From positions 1-64,000 of the IMG/VR virus record IMGVR_UViG_3300024239_000132: DNA of 64,000 bases; one strand, given 5' to 3'. The translations under genes were made by a program, and so were the position numbers. The notes under the pieces are model-generated. The model had not been told where the DNA came from, ran no database searches, and saw only the letters and a list, made by a program, of their open reading frames with translations. Numbering within the stretch: the first letter of the stretch is position 1; every line of letters starts with the position of its first letter. This document shows positions 1 to 10,529 of the stretch, one piece after another. This stretch comes from a virus.

Positions 1-1
1 A

Positions 2-511
2 GGATGGGGTATCCGTCTTTACAGCCTGACGGTCGAGCATGCTTTGACGAACGCCACTGTTGCGACCAAGTACATCATCGACAGCGAAGCCAAGCCATTC
101 GTAGGCGACCTCATCAAGGTCCTCGAGGTCCGTGACCATCATGGCTGTGTGCTGCCGCTGAATGACCCTGAATCCTGCCGATCGGTGTTCACACCCCAGC
201 CTGAAGTCATCCAGGTTCCCAGCCCTGTCACTGGCATGCCTTTGGGTGTTGCTTACCAGGCACGGCACATTTCTATTCCGGCAGGCGATGAGACAGCCGA
301 GATCGTCATCCCGAACAGTCTCGAAGAAGCCTTGATGGCTTACATTGCCTACCAGCAGTACCGGGACCTCAACACGCAGGAAAGCACGGCAAAGGCTGCC
401 GAGCACCTCAGTCTCTATGAAGCCATGTGCTCCCAGGTCGAAGCCAGGGATCTCGTGAATGGCTCCTATTCCATGACAAATTCTCGTTTTGCCAAAGGTG
501 GTTGGGTATGA
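2..511 (+). CDS. Head-tail adaptor/virion structural protein (N4 gp67-like), 5'-truncated
   Basis: Frame is open from window start; C-terminal 'IPNSLEEALMAYIAY...SRFAKGGWV'; lies before the tail fibre as in N4 synteny. Confidence 0.65.
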   Translation, partial: GWGIRLYSLTVEHALTNATVATKYIIDSEAKPFVGDLIKVLEVRDHHGCVLPLNDPESCRSVFTPQPEVIQVPSPVTGMPLGVAYQARHISIPAGDETAEIVIPNSLEEALMAYIAYQQYRDLNTQESTAKAAEHLSLYEAMCSQVEARDLVNGSYSMTNSRFAKGGWV

Positions 512-2445
512 TCAGCAATGTAAACGATCCCTGCAACGGGGCTACCGACTACGTTATCCCCGTGCTTGGTGAAGCCTACAACGTGGTCAAGCAGGTTCAA
601 TCGAACCTTGCTGCTATTCAGGCTGCCAGCGAGAACATTCAGGCAGTTATTGATGCCACTCCGGCAGCAGCAGCAGCTCAGGCTTGGGCAGAGGGAACCT
701 TGCCGGGAGGCATTGGAACCAAGAGCTCCAAGGAATGGTCTGCTGAAGCTGCTAGTAATAGCGCCACCGCCGCCGTCCTCGCCTACCTCGCCAGCAATCC
801 CTTTGCCAATACCACGGCTCTGTATGCCTATTCCAACGCTGCCCTTGCAGTAGGGATGAGCACCACGATTGTCGGTGATGGTCGGTATGAGGTGGCATCG
901 CTCGGGCCAGTGGTGTGGACGCGGACGGCAGATGATGGCGCTGGGCGGGCAGAAGCGGCGGCGGCGGACGCGGCGGACGCGGCGACCCAGGTTTCGTCGG
1001 ACTTCCTGAACGATGGCCTCGCCTTCGCCGTGGGCGACGACTACGGCTTCGCGACGATGACGGTTGACACCGCCGGTCAGATGATAGCGACGACGATCGC
1101 CGTGCAGACTGTCGCCACCGCCGAACTGACGCCCACTGGCCCCGATTTGACCATCGCAGGCGACGGCATCGCCATCGTCGACGATTACGGCTTCGTCGTC
1201 GCGCGGATCGATCCGGACGGGGTGGAGACCGCGACCAGCGCAGCCACTCCGGTCGTGCCGCAGAACGACTACGCCCGCCACATCGTCGGCGTCTACGGCC
1301 AGAGCCTGTCCTCGGGCACCGCCGCGCGCCCGCCGATTTCCACCGCGCAGCGCTACGGCAACAAGATGCTGTCAACCGGCGTGCGGGTTAACGGGCTGGC
1401 GGATGCGACGATCAACGCAGCAACGCTGGCCGATCTGATCGAGAGCGACAGCGGCACCGAGGGCGAGACGCCGGTGTCCGGGCACTGCGACGTGGTGCTG
1501 CAACTGCTCGACGCCGAGAACGCAGCCGGGTGGCCGACGCACCAGTTCCGCCTGCTGGGCTTCGACCCCGGCAAGCCTGCCACGGCCATCGCTGGCCTGT
1601 CGAAGACCACGACGCCCTACAACACCGCGAAGACCGCGCTGGCGCGGCTCGTGGCGCTGTCTCCCGACGATCCGGTCGTTCACCTCGCGATGGACTGGGT
1701 GCAGGGCGAGAGCGACATCCAGAACGGCACGGCGCGCGCAACCTACAAGACGGCGCTGAAGACGCTGCGCACCGATTGGGAAGCCGACGCGCAGGCAATC
1801 ACCGGCCAGGCCGAGGGCGTGAAGCTGCTGTCCTACCAAGGCTGCTCGCACAGCGCCTACAACGTCGCGACGCCCGACATCGCGCTAGCGCAGATCGACG
1901 CGGCGACAGAGGACGCGAATATCGTGATCGTCACGCCGGATTACATCTTCCGCCGGGCCGACAACGTTCATCTGATCGCCGCCGATTCCTGGCTGATGGG
2001 CGCTTATTTCGGCGCGGCCTACAAACGCATCTTCCTCGACGGCGGCACGTGGGAAACCGTCCGTCCGGTCAGCAAGACGATCCGGGGCGCGAGCTGCGAC
2101 GTGCGCTTCCGCGTGCCGCACGGCCCGCTGGTGTTCGATACCTCGGCGGTGACCAATCCCGGCAACTACGGCTTCAAGATGGTCGATTCCGGTGGTTCGG
2201 CGCTGACGATCACGGCGGTGACGCTGATGGGGCCGGACTGGGTGCGGATCACCTGTTCGGGCACGATCCCGACCGGGTCGAAGGTGCGCTACGCCTGGGG
2301 CACGTTCTCAGGCGTGACCGCAGCCGGTCCGAGCACCGGCCCGCGCGGCAACCTGCGCGACAGCGCCGGTGGCGCGCTGAAGGTCACCGATCCCACGGGC
2401 CTTGTCCGCCCGCTGCACAACTGGTGCGAACTCTTCGAAATCTGA
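508..2445 (+). CDS. Tail fibre/appendage with SGNH (sialate O-acetylesterase-like) domain
   Basis: ATGA overlap with upstream stop; SGNH blocks GQSLS, WVQGESD, DNVHL; coiled N-terminal anchor. Confidence 0.8.
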   Translation: MISNVNDPCNGATDYVIPVLGEAYNVVKQVQSNLAAIQAASENIQAVIDATPAAAAAQAWAEGTLPGGIGTKSSKEWSAEAASNSATAAVLAYLASNPFANTTALYAYSNAALAVGMSTTIVGDGRYEVASLGPVVWTRTADDGAGRAEAAAADAADAATQVSSDFLNDGLAFAVGDDYGFATMTVDTAGQMIATTIAVQTVATAELTPTGPDLTIAGDGIAIVDDYGFVVARIDPDGVETATSAATPVVPQNDYARHIVGVYGQSLSSGTAARPPISTAQRYGNKMLSTGVRVNGLADATINAATLADLIESDSGTEGETPVSGHCDVVLQLLDAENAAGWPTHQFRLLGFDPGKPATAIAGLSKTTTPYNTAKTALARLVALSPDDPVVHLAMDWVQGESDIQNGTARATYKTALKTLRTDWEADAQAITGQAEGVKLLSYQGCSHSAYNVATPDIALAQIDAATEDANIVIVTPDYIFRRADNVHLIAADSWLMGAYFGAAYKRIFLDGGTWETVRPVSKTIRGASCDVRFRVPHGPLVFDTSAVTNPGNYGFKMVDSGGSALTITAVTLMGPDWVRITCSGTIPTGSKVRYAWGTFSGVTAAGPSTGPRGNLRDSAGGALKVTDPTGLVRPLHNWCELFEI

Positions 2446-2458
2446 TGGAGACCGAGAC

Positions 2459-3187
2459 ATGCTTCTGCTGAAAGACGCAACCGCGAACTACGCCGCCAAC
2501 AACGTTGGCCGTGCGATCCAGTTGACCACCGACCGCGCCAGCCTGATGGGCGAATTTCTTCTGGGCCGCGACGAGGCCACCACCGTGTTCAACTCGGCCT
2601 ACGAGGACGCTCCGGTCGGGACCATGGTCGGTGCGCCGACTTATGGCGATCACCGCATCACCGGCTGCGACCAGACGAAGTACCTGAACACCGGCATCGC
2701 CGACGCGGCGAACATCTCCATCCTCGCGATCTACTCGCCGGGTGGGGCGGTGACGGGTGACGGCGTGTTCGGCACGGGCGGGCTTTCGGGCGCGCAGATC
2801 GCGGGCTTCTCCAACGGAGGCAACCTTCAGTTGCAGTGCGCCACCTCGGGCAACTCCACCACCGGCTTGAGCGTCACCTGCACCGCGCCGGTTACCAACC
2901 TGTCCGACTATCGCGGCCTCGCTGGGCGCATCGGCGGCACCGTCAATCCGACGCTGAAGATCGACGACTTCAAGGACGGCGCGCGCGTCACCGGTGGCAG
3001 CGCCACCGGCAGTGCAACGCGCGGGATCGACACGCGCAACATCCGCATCGGCACCTGGGGTTCATCGACGGGCCTCGTAGACGTGGCCGCTGCGCTGATC
3101 TGGCACCGCCTGCTGACCGACGCCGAGATGCTCGCCGCCTACCAGGAAGTGCGCGCAACGCTGGCTCAGTGGAACCTGGCATGCTGA
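2459..3187 (+). CDS. Tail-associated protein, LamG/concanavalin-like fold
   Basis: GGAG upstream; G/T-rich beta content; C-terminal 'ALIWHRLLTDAEMLAAY' is typical of LamG-like domains. Confidence 0.6.
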   Translation: MLLLKDATANYAANNVGRAIQLTTDRASLMGEFLLGRDEATTVFNSAYEDAPVGTMVGAPTYGDHRITGCDQTKYLNTGIADAANISILAIYSPGGAVTGDGVFGTGGLSGAQIAGFSNGGNLQLQCATSGNSTTGLSVTCTAPVTNLSDYRGLAGRIGGTVNPTLKIDDFKDGARVTGGSATGSATRGIDTRNIRIGTWGSSTGLVDVAAALIWHRLLTDAEMLAAYQEVRATLAQWNLAC

Positions 3188-3333
3188 CGATGAACAAGGA
3201 CAAGATCGCGAAGGAACTGGCCGAACTCGGGCATAGCGACTTTCGCTTGCTGTCGAAACTTGAGGCGCTGATCGGGCGCATCACTGACGTGTCGGCGGCT
3301 TCGGTTGCTCCCAAGGACGGCGGGGGCAAGTAA
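3181..3333 (+). CDS. Small hypothetical protein (50 aa)
   Basis: MLTMNKDKIAKELAELGHS...; overlaps upstream stop; last gene of the GC-rich cassette. Confidence 0.4.
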   Translation: MLTMNKDKIAKELAELGHSDFRLLSKLEALIGRITDVSAASVAPKDGGGK

Positions 3334-3451
3334 TGCTAACGAAAGCGATACCAGACATGAGTTTGGTATCGCTTTCGTTTTGGGCAATATAAACGCAGCA
3401 CAAGAGCAAGGGTTTCCCACTCTCCGTAAGAATTGTTCCCACGGGGGTGAC

Positions 3452-3763
3452 ATGATTTATACCTACTTCGCTCTGGCAGCTTGCGGCGTATCCGGGGCAC
3501 TGATCTACAGCTTCCCGGCCTACATCCGAGCACTGTCTAAGAAGCCTCCTGTTCAGTTCGCTCTGGCCACGCTGATCTTCTCTTTGTTCACTGGTTCCGT
3601 TTCTGCCGTGCTTTTCACCAAGCTTATCGGCTTTCACTGGCCGTGGACTGTTCAGCCTGAGCCTTGGCCGCTGGCTCTCGTCGTTGGTCTGGCAAGCAAT
3701 CCTCTTGTCCCGATCCTGCTGCGCCGCCTGGAAAACTGGGCAGACACTTTCGGAGGTAAGTGA
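3452..3763 (+). CDS. Putative holin (3 TM)
   Basis: Three hydrophobic segments and a charged C-terminus; upstream of the endolysin. Confidence 0.65.
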   Translation: MIYTYFALAACGVSGALIYSFPAYIRALSKKPPVQFALATLIFSLFTGSVSAVLFTKLIGFHWPWTVQPEPWPLALVVGLASNPLVPILLRRLENWADTFGGK

Positions 3764-3765
3764 GG

Positions 3766-4134
3766 ATGTCCTATTCTGCGACCATTATTCTAACGGGTGG
3801 CTGTTTCGTAGTCGGTGGGCTCTTGGCTCTCATGAGACAGAGCCTGCTCGAACCAGCATCAGGGCAATATCCCAAGGCACCATCCTGGCTGCGAAACTAC
3901 ATGTTCGCCTTTGCCAGTCTTCAGGTCTTCGTCGGTCTTCAGACACTCAATGCCCAACGTGATGTAGCTCATTCCATGGTTCTCATGGGCATGGGACTAG
4001 TTCTTTATAACGGCGCCATGCTCTTCAACCTGCTTCGGCAACGCTACCCTGAAGAAGTCTGGAACCGCCTCAACCTCATTAACGATCGCCTGTTCTGTAA
4101 GGATAGTCCGGTCAAACGGTGGATCTCCAAGTGA
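3766..4134 (+). CDS. Membrane protein (holin/antiholin-like, 3 TM)
   Basis: GGAGG at 3752; three hydrophobic helices; inside the lysis cassette. Confidence 0.55.
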   Translation: MSYSATIILTGGCFVVGGLLALMRQSLLEPASGQYPKAPSWLRNYMFAFASLQVFVGLQTLNAQRDVAHSMVLMGMGLVLYNGAMLFNLLRQRYPEEVWNRLNLINDRLFCKDSPVKRWISK

Positions 4135-4856
4135 CCGACCCCCGCAAGCCAGTCTTCGATGCTGTCCGAGCAATCTGCCCCGGCAACGTCTTCAACTCCG
4201 CAGAGAACACCAATGCTCTGCACAATCTGCTGGATGCCTTTAAGGCCAAACGAGAAGTGCCGATGCAGTTCGCTATGCGAGATCCAGCCAAGTTCTTCGG
4301 TGAGCTTCGTAAGACTACAGGGGCTCTGAATCAGACCCAGGTGGATACTGTATCGCTGCTTTTGACTGCTGCATCCCAGTGGTCGGTCGGATGGCTGGCT
4401 TATGCTCTGGCCACGGCATGGCATGAGGCCCGATTCATCTCGCAGTTCGAGAAAGGTGGTCCCGGTTATCTCGCCAAGTACGATACCGGTGAGCTTGCCA
4501 AGCGTCTGGGCAATACGCCACAGGCCGACGGTGATGGCATCAAGTTTGCTGGCCGAGGTCTGGTTCAGCTGACCGGTACCACCAACTATCGCAATGCCGG
4601 CAAGTACCTTGGCATCGATCTGATCGCCAATCCGGACCTTGCTCTCGATCCCGCTATTGCCACCAAGATACTGATCTGGGGCATGCAGACTGGTGCTTTC
4701 ACCGGCCGTAAGCTTGCTGACTACATTGGCGAGCAAGGCAACCTCGAGAGCTTCCGTCAGGCCCGTCGGATCATCAATGGGATGGATCGGGCGGGTGACA
4801 TCGCTGGATATGCAATTGCCTTCCAGCAGGCTGTTCTTCTGGGGAAATGGGGATGA
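4131..4856 (+). CDS. Endolysin, glycoside hydrolase family 19
   Basis: AYALATAWHEA and DGIKFAGRGLVQLTGTTNY GH19 motifs. Confidence 0.9.
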   Translation: MTDPRKPVFDAVRAICPGNVFNSAENTNALHNLLDAFKAKREVPMQFAMRDPAKFFGELRKTTGALNQTQVDTVSLLLTAASQWSVGWLAYALATAWHEARFISQFEKGGPGYLAKYDTGELAKRLGNTPQADGDGIKFAGRGLVQLTGTTNYRNAGKYLGIDLIANPDLALDPAIATKILIWGMQTGAFTGRKLADYIGEQGNLESFRQARRIINGMDRAGDIAGYAIAFQQAVLLGKWG

Positions 4857-5221
4857 GCGGCTACTTGCTCTGGTGGACCAAGCTGCCTTCCCTGGTTCGC
4901 TATGCGATCGGCGTCCTTTCAGCATTCTGTGCTGTTCTGGCTCTGTTTTTGTTCTTCATGTCCAAGCTCAAGGACATGAGAGATGAAGCCTTTGCTCAAG
5001 GCCAAACCCAGGTTCGTGAACAAGCCTCTGCTGCTGTAATCGAAAACGTGGAGACTTCTCATGAGATACGACGGCAATTCGACCTTGAGGCTGCTCGTGG
5101 CAGCAGTGACGTTATCTACGCTAACTGCGTGCGTTCGGCTCGCACCCCCGAGAACTGTCAGCGATTTCTGCCTCGTGGATCAGAGGATCCAGATAGAGCC
5201 GTCCCCAGCCAAGAACGCTGA
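4853..5221 (+). CDS. i-spanin (Rz-like)
   Basis: N-terminal TM followed by a helical periplasmic domain; follows the endolysin. Confidence 0.75.
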   Translation: MSGYLLWWTKLPSLVRYAIGVLSAFCAVLALFLFFMSKLKDMRDEAFAQGQTQVREQASAAVIENVETSHEIRRQFDLEAARGSSDVIYANCVRSARTPENCQRFLPRGSEDPDRAVPSQER

Positions 5222-5309
5222 TGACCTTGGCAATAAGTGGGACAGCGACACAACTGTCATGGATGTCCTAAAGCACAATGCCGTTATAGATAAACTTTGT
5301 GGACACTGA
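5061..5309 (+). CDS. o-spanin lipoprotein (Rz1-like)
   Basis: Lipobox LTAC; overlaps the i-spanin 3' end in another frame. Confidence 0.75.
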   Translation: MRYDGNSTLRLLVAAVTLSTLTACVRLAPPRTVSDFCLVDQRIQIEPSPAKNADDLGNKWDSDTTVMDVLKHNAVIDKLCGH

Positions 5310-5402
5310 ACCCATAGATAAGTTGGGTTTCTAAAAGTGGACACAAAGAATCTTTAGATGCAAAGGGAGAATAACCACACTCAATCTTAGGTTGTTCCGA
5401 AA

Positions 5403-7592
5403 ATGCAGCAACAGCAATTGGCAGTTCTCAATCCGAAGCTGACTGATTGGCAGAATGAGCCAACTCTACAGTTGCTCAAAGCGGATCTAGAAGCTGCAAA
5501 GACAACCCACCAGAGCCAGGTCACGAAGATCTCCATGTGGAACGATCTTCTCAATGTGACCGGCAAGGCCAAGCCTCCCAAGGTCAAGGGCCGATCGAGT
5601 GTGCAGCCCAAGCTTATCCGGCGTCAGGCAGAGTGGCGTTATCCCGCTCTGTCCGAGCCTCTGCTGAGCAGCAAGAAGCCCTTCAGCGTAGAACCTCAGA
5701 CATTCGAGGATGGGCCGGCAGCTAAGCAGAATGAACTGGTTCTCAACTACCAGTTCCGTAACAAGATGAACCGGGTGAAGTTTGTTGACGACTTCATTCG
5801 ATCGGTGGTCGATGAGGGCACCGCGGTAATTCAGGTAGGCTGGGTCCGTCAGACGGTAACGGTCACCGAAGAGGTCCCGGTTTACCAGCATATTGCTCCG
5901 ACCTCCGAAGAGGAAGTGCAGGCATTCCAGCAGGCCATGGAGCTCAAGCAGCAGAATCCTCGTGGGTTCAATGAGCAAGCTTCTCCTGAGATCAAAGCTG
6001 CCCTCGATTTCTACGAGGAGAGCCAGCAGATCTCGGTTGCAGTCCAGATCGGAACTGAATCCCAGAAGATCGAAAAGATCGTACAGAACCATCCCACTGC
6101 TCGTGTGATGAATCCAGCCAATGTGATCATCGATCCTTCCTGTGAAGGCGATATCAACAAGGCCATGTTTGCTGTGGTCCAGTTCGAGACCAACAAGGCC
6201 AGCCTCCTGCTTGAAGGCAAGCGTTACAAGAATCTTGATCAGGTCGATTGGACAGGCGCCGGTCCTATCAACGAACCTGATTACCAGACTTCTACCCCAG
6301 GTGACTTTCAGCTGACAGACACTGCCCGCAAGAAGGTCGTAGCCTATGAGTACTGGGGCTTCTGGGACATCGATGGCACTGGCAAGCTAGAGCCGATCGT
6401 CTGTACCTGGATTGGCAATATCATGATCCGGATGGAGAAAAATCCCTTCCCGGACGGCAAACTTCCCTTCGTTCTGGTTCCATATCTACCGATCAAGCGT
6501 GAGCTGTACGGTGAGCCGGATGCTGAGCTGCTGGAAGATAACCAGCGGATCATGGGTGCCCTGGTTCGTGGTATGATCGACCTTCTGGGTCGCTCTGCAA
6601 ATAGCCAGCAGGGCTTTGCCAAGGGCATGCTCGATCCACTCAACCGCCGTCGGTATGAGAATGGGCAGGATTACGAGTTCAATCCCAACCTTACTCCGGC
6701 TGCTGGTCTGATTCAGCATAGCTACCCTGAGCTGCCTCAATCGGCTCTGCTGATGCTCAATCTCCAGAACCAGGATGCCGAGGCACTCTCTGGCGTAAAG
6801 AGCTTCTCAGGCGGGCTGTCCGGGGAATCCTACGGGGATGTTGCTGCCGGTATCAAGGGAGCACTGGACGCCTCTGCCAAGCGTGAGATGACCATCCTGC
6901 GCCGTGTTGCTCGGGGTATGGTTGAGATTGGCGAGAAGTTTGTCTCGATGAATGCCGAGTTCCTGTCAGAGCAGGAAGTCATTCGGATCACCAACCGTGA
7001 GTTTGTCACGGTCAACCGTGAAGAGCTCAAGGGCAACTTCGATCTGGTGGTCGATATTTCGACCGCCGAAGTCGACAATGCCAAGGCTCAGGATCTGGCG
7101 TTCATGCTCCAGACCTTGGGCAACACTGTTGACCAGACCCTGACGCTAATGATCCTCGCAGAGATCTGCGAGCTCAAGCGTATGCCGGAGCTGGCCGAGC
7201 AGCTTCGTAACTTCAAGCCACAGCCCAACCCGATGCAGGAGCAGCTGCAGCAACTGGAGCTGGCCAAGCTCGAAGCCGAAGTCGAAGAGATCAAGTCTCG
7301 TGCCGAGCTCAACCGAGCCAAGGCCATGGAAGCTGCCGGCAAAGCTCAGCAGCAGGATCTCGATACGATCGAGCAAGAGACCGGCATCAAGCACGAGCGT
7401 GAGAAGGATCTCATGCAGGGTCAGGCTCAGGGCAACAAGGAACTGGCCATTACGAAGGCTCTCACCACTCCCCGAAAGGAGGGCGAACGTGAGCCAGATA
7501 TTGAGGCTGCCGTCGGTTACAACAACTTTAGCGACAGTCGGCCAATACAAAGTCCAACTGTAGCTCCGCTTCCTGTTGACACTTTTGCATAA
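5403..7592 (+). CDS. Portal protein (N4 gp59-like)
   Basis: [10 protein letters not shown]...[18 protein letters not shown] typical of N4-like portals; 729 aa. Confidence 0.93.
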   Translation: MQQQQLAVLNPKLTDWQNEPTLQLLKADLEAAKTTHQSQVTKISMWNDLLNVTGKAKPPKVKGRSSVQPKLIRRQAEWRYPALSEPLLSSKKPFSVEPQTFEDGPAAKQNELVLNYQFRNKMNRVKFVDDFIRSVVDEGTAVIQVGWVRQTVTVTEEVPVYQHIAPTSEEEVQAFQQAMELKQQNPRGFNEQASPEIKAALDFYEESQQISVAVQIGTESQKIEKIVQNHPTARVMNPANVIIDPSCEGDINKAMFAVVQFETNKASLLLEGKRYKNLDQVDWTGAGPINEPDYQTSTPGDFQLTDTARKKVVAYEYWGFWDIDGTGKLEPIVCTWIGNIMIRMEKNPFPDGKLPFVLVPYLPIKRELYGEPDAELLEDNQRIMGALVRGMIDLLGRSANSQQGFAKGMLDPLNRRRYENGQDYEFNPNLTPAAGLIQHSYPELPQSALLMLNLQNQDAEALSGVKSFSGGLSGESYGDVAAGIKGALDASAKREMTILRRVARGMVEIGEKFVSMNAEFLSEQEVIRITNREFVTVNREELKGNFDLVVDISTAEVDNAKAQDLAFMLQTLGNTVDQTLTLMILAEICELKRMPELAEQLRNFKPQPNPMQEQLQQLELAKLEAEVEEIKSRAELNRAKAMEAAGKAQQQDLDTIEQETGIKHEREKDLMQGQAQGNKELAITKALTTPRKEGEREPDIEAAVGYNNFSDSRPIQSPTVAPLPVDTFA

Positions 7593-7683
7593 AAAGTAGA
7601 GTTAGCTTTCACAGAGTCAGACTTTGTTTGGTGTCTGGCTCATGTGAAAGACCAGGAACTCAAAGTTTAAGGATTTATCCTCA

Positions 7684-8052
7684 ATGTCGACCGTAGCAGA
7701 ACTCGAACAGCAGAAGGTGGACTTCAATGCTGCAATCGAGAAGCGCAAAGTTCTCCAGCGTCTGATGAACAACCGTGACTTCAAGAAGCTCATTCTTGAA
7801 GATTTCTGCGTGCAGGAATGTGCTCGCTATGCTCAGGCATCGGCTGACCCGAACCTCTCTGTCAACGAGCGGGCAGATGCCCTGGCTCTGGCTCAGTCGG
7901 CCGGCCATATCCGTCGGTATCTGAACGTTCTCGACATCATGGGCAATTCTGCCGAGAACCAGATGCAGCGTCTTGACGACGCTATCGAGGATGCTCGGCT
8001 CGACGAAGCCAACGTCGAAACCGCCCCTTACGCTGAAGAAGAGGAAGCGTAA
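7684..8052 (+). CDS. Conserved protein (N4 gp58-like)
   Basis: RLMNNRDFKKLILEDF motif; synteny. Confidence 0.75.
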   Translation: MSTVAELEQQKVDFNAAIEKRKVLQRLMNNRDFKKLILEDFCVQECARYAQASADPNLSVNERADALALAQSAGHIRRYLNVLDIMGNSAENQMQRLDDAIEDARLDEANVETAPYAEEEEA

Positions 8053-8054
8053 GT

Positions 8055-9224
8055 ATGAGCGGGGTCAATCCTCTCGAGCTCTCGGATGAAGAGTTCCTCA
8101 ACATGAATGGCCCCGCTGAGGTTGCTGGGGGTGCTGATGAAAGCACTCCCACTACCCCTGTTGTAGAGGAGCCAGCTGTCGAAGCCGCAGCAACGACCGA
8201 GGCCAGCGAAGCTGCGCCGACCGAAGTTGCGGAAGGCGCAGACAGTGCAGCGACGGCTACAGAGCCTGCTGCACCTGTTACCGAAGAAAAGCCTGGAGAG
8301 GCTGCCCCGGTTGATCCAGCACCTGCTGCTGATCCCACATCTGCCGTTCAGGCGCCTGCTGCTGAAGCTCCTGCCCAGACGAACGCTCAGGCAATCGAAC
8401 CAGACAAGGCAGTCGAGTTTTACCAGCAAGTCATGAAGCCGTTCAAAGCCAACGGCAAGATGATCGAGCTTCGCTCCCCTGAAGAGGTCATCGGCCTCAT
8501 GCAGATGGGAGCCAACTTCACACGCAAAATGCAGGAAATTGCGCCTCACCGCAAAACCCTCATGATGCTTCAGAACAATGGTCTCGATGAGGCCAAACTC
8601 AATTTCCTGATCGACCTCGACAAGGGGGACCCCGAGGCGCTCAAGAAGTTCATCAAGGACCGGAACATCGATCCAATGGATATCGATGTCTCAACTGATC
8701 CTGCTTATCTTGGTGGCAATCACCAGGTCAGTGATGAAGAAGTCGCTTTCCGTACTGTTCTGGAAGACCTTCGGTCGACTCCAGAAGGCACGGCAACGCT
8801 CAAGGACATCAATGACCGTTGGGACAGCGCCAGCAAGGAATTGCTGTGGCAAGAACCTAGCCTTTTGGAAGTGATCCAGGAGCAGCGTGGGAATGGCGTT
8901 TATGACGCTATCGCTGCTGAGATTGATCGCCGCAAGACGCTTGGCACTCTTGGCTCCAACGTCAAGTTCCTCGACGCTTACAAGCTGGTCGGTGATGAGC
9001 TCTTTGCTCCCCGGCAGCCCGTGGACAATGCTCCGGCAGTCCAGACTCCCCAGGTCCTGGCAACTCGCCCTGCAACCCCGAAGCCAGTCGCAGACAACGA
9101 CAAGGTTACCGCAGCAGCTCCGTCAAGAGGCACCGCAACCAAAGCCAAGGAAACTCTCAATCCTCAGTCGATCCTGTCGATGTCGGATGATGAGTTCCTG
9201 AAGCAGATGCAAAATCGGGTCTGA
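8055..9224 (+). CDS. Scaffold/'tape measure'-annotated protein (N4 gp57-like)
   Basis: MSDDEF-like motif at both ends; PFKANGK...LMQMGANFT; directly upstream of MCP. Confidence 0.8.
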   Translation: MSGVNPLELSDEEFLNMNGPAEVAGGADESTPTTPVVEEPAVEAAATTEASEAAPTEVAEGADSAATATEPAAPVTEEKPGEAAPVDPAPAADPTSAVQAPAAEAPAQTNAQAIEPDKAVEFYQQVMKPFKANGKMIELRSPEEVIGLMQMGANFTRKMQEIAPHRKTLMMLQNNGLDEAKLNFLIDLDKGDPEALKKFIKDRNIDPMDIDVSTDPAYLGGNHQVSDEEVAFRTVLEDLRSTPEGTATLKDINDRWDSASKELLWQEPSLLEVIQEQRGNGVYDAIAAEIDRRKTLGTLGSNVKFLDAYKLVGDELFAPRQPVDNAPAVQTPQVLATRPATPKPVADNDKVTAAAPSRGTATKAKETLNPQSILSMSDDEFLKQMQNRV

Positions 9225-9268
9225 CATTTCCCAAAGTTGGGAAGACCCGTGCCTAAGGATTCACGGTA

Positions 9269-10459
9269 ATGCTTAACTACAACGCACCTCCGGGTACCAA
9301 GTCGGACATCGACGTCGGCGGTAACTCGAGCCAGATGAACACCTTCTTCTATCTGAAAAAGGCTCTCATCACTGCTCGCAAGGACCAGTACTTCATGCAG
9401 CTGGCGCCGACGATCAACATGCCGAAGAACTTTGGCAAGACGATCAAGGTGTACGAGTACATCCCGATGCTCGACGACCGCAACATCAACGACATGGGTC
9501 TTGATGCTGCTGGTGCTGTCATCGCCAACGGTAACCTGTACGGCTCGAGCCGTGATATCGGTACGATCACCGGCAAGCTGCCGACTCTGACCGAAAACGG
9601 CGGCCGTGTGAACCGTGTCGGCTTCACGCGTATCCAGCGTGAAGGCTCCCTGTTCAAGTTCGGTTTCTTCACCGAATTTACCCAGGAAGCGATGGACTTC
9701 GATTCCGACGAAGACCTGATGGATCACCTGTCGCGTGAGCTGATGAACGGTGCTGTCCAGCTGACTGAAGCTGTCCTCCAGAAGGACCTTCTGACTGCTG
9801 CCAGCGTCATCGTCTATGCAGGCGCTGCAACCTCGAACGCTACGGTTACGGCCGAAGGCGCTGGCGCTGCCATCGTCAGCTACGCCAACCTGATGCGTCT
9901 CGACCAGATCCTGACGGACAACCGTACCCCGAAGCAGACCACGGTCATCACTGGTTCGCGCCTCGTCGACACCAAGACGATTGCTGCTGCCCGTGTCATG
10001 TACGTCGGCTCGCCGCTGGTTCCGACCCTGCGTGCGATGAAGGACCTGCACAACAATCCGGCCTTCATTCCGGTCCAGCACTACGCTGATGCCGGCAATG
10101 TCCTGAACGGTGAAATCGGTACCATTGATGCTTTCCGCATCATCCTGGTTCCGGAAATGCTTCACTGGGCAGGCGTTGGCGCCAACGTCGGCACCAACCC
10201 GGGCTACCGTGCAACCTCGGGCAAGTACAACGTCTATCCGATGCTCGTCGTCGGTGATGACAGCTTTGCCACCATCGGTTTCCAGACCGACGGCAAGACG
10301 GTGAAGTTCTCGGTCACCACCAAGATGCCGGGCAAGGAAACCGCGGATCGCAACGATCCTTACGGGGAGACCGGCTTCAGCTCGATCAAGTGGTACTATG
10401 GCTTCCTGGCCAAGCGTCCGGAACGTATCGGCATGATCCGCTGCGTAGCACCGCTCTAA
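9269..10459 (+). CDS. Major capsid protein (N4 gp56-like)
   Basis: [42 protein letters not shown]; [16 protein letters not shown]. Confidence 0.96.
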   Translation: MLNYNAPPGTKSDIDVGGNSSQMNTFFYLKKALITARKDQYFMQLAPTINMPKNFGKTIKVYEYIPMLDDRNINDMGLDAAGAVIANGNLYGSSRDIGTITGKLPTLTENGGRVNRVGFTRIQREGSLFKFGFFTEFTQEAMDFDSDEDLMDHLSRELMNGAVQLTEAVLQKDLLTAASVIVYAGAATSNATVTAEGAGAAIVSYANLMRLDQILTDNRTPKQTTVITGSRLVDTKTIAAARVMYVGSPLVPTLRAMKDLHNNPAFIPVQHYADAGNVLNGEIGTIDAFRIILVPEMLHWAGVGANVGTNPGYRATSGKYNVYPMLVVGDDSFATIGFQTDGKTVKFSVTTKMPGKETADRNDPYGETGFSSIKWYYGFLAKRPERIGMIRCVAPL

Positions 10460-10473
10460 GCTGAGCAACGAGA

Positions 10474-10504
10474 ACTGGGAGAGCATTTGGCTCTCCCAGT
10501 TTTT
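10474..10504 (+). terminator. Rho-independent terminator after MCP
   Basis: ACTGGGAGAGC-ATTTG-GCTCTCCCAGT followed by TTTT. Confidence 0.85.
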
Positions 10505-10529
10505 CTTCCCCTGAATTTAGGAATTTTCC

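Noticed and set aside
1530-2471. 313-aa alternative-frame ORF and other Arg/Gly-rich ORFs
   Set aside because: Shadow frames of GC-rich coding sequence
8194-8214. CAGC-GAA-GCTG hairpin resembling a vRNAP promoter
   Set aside because: Only a 4-bp stem, inside an Ala/Glu-rich coding region; likely chance
9164-10486. Long antisense ORFs (also 30946-32175, 28515-29573)
   Set aside because: Mirror-frame artefacts of codon bias in well-supported genes
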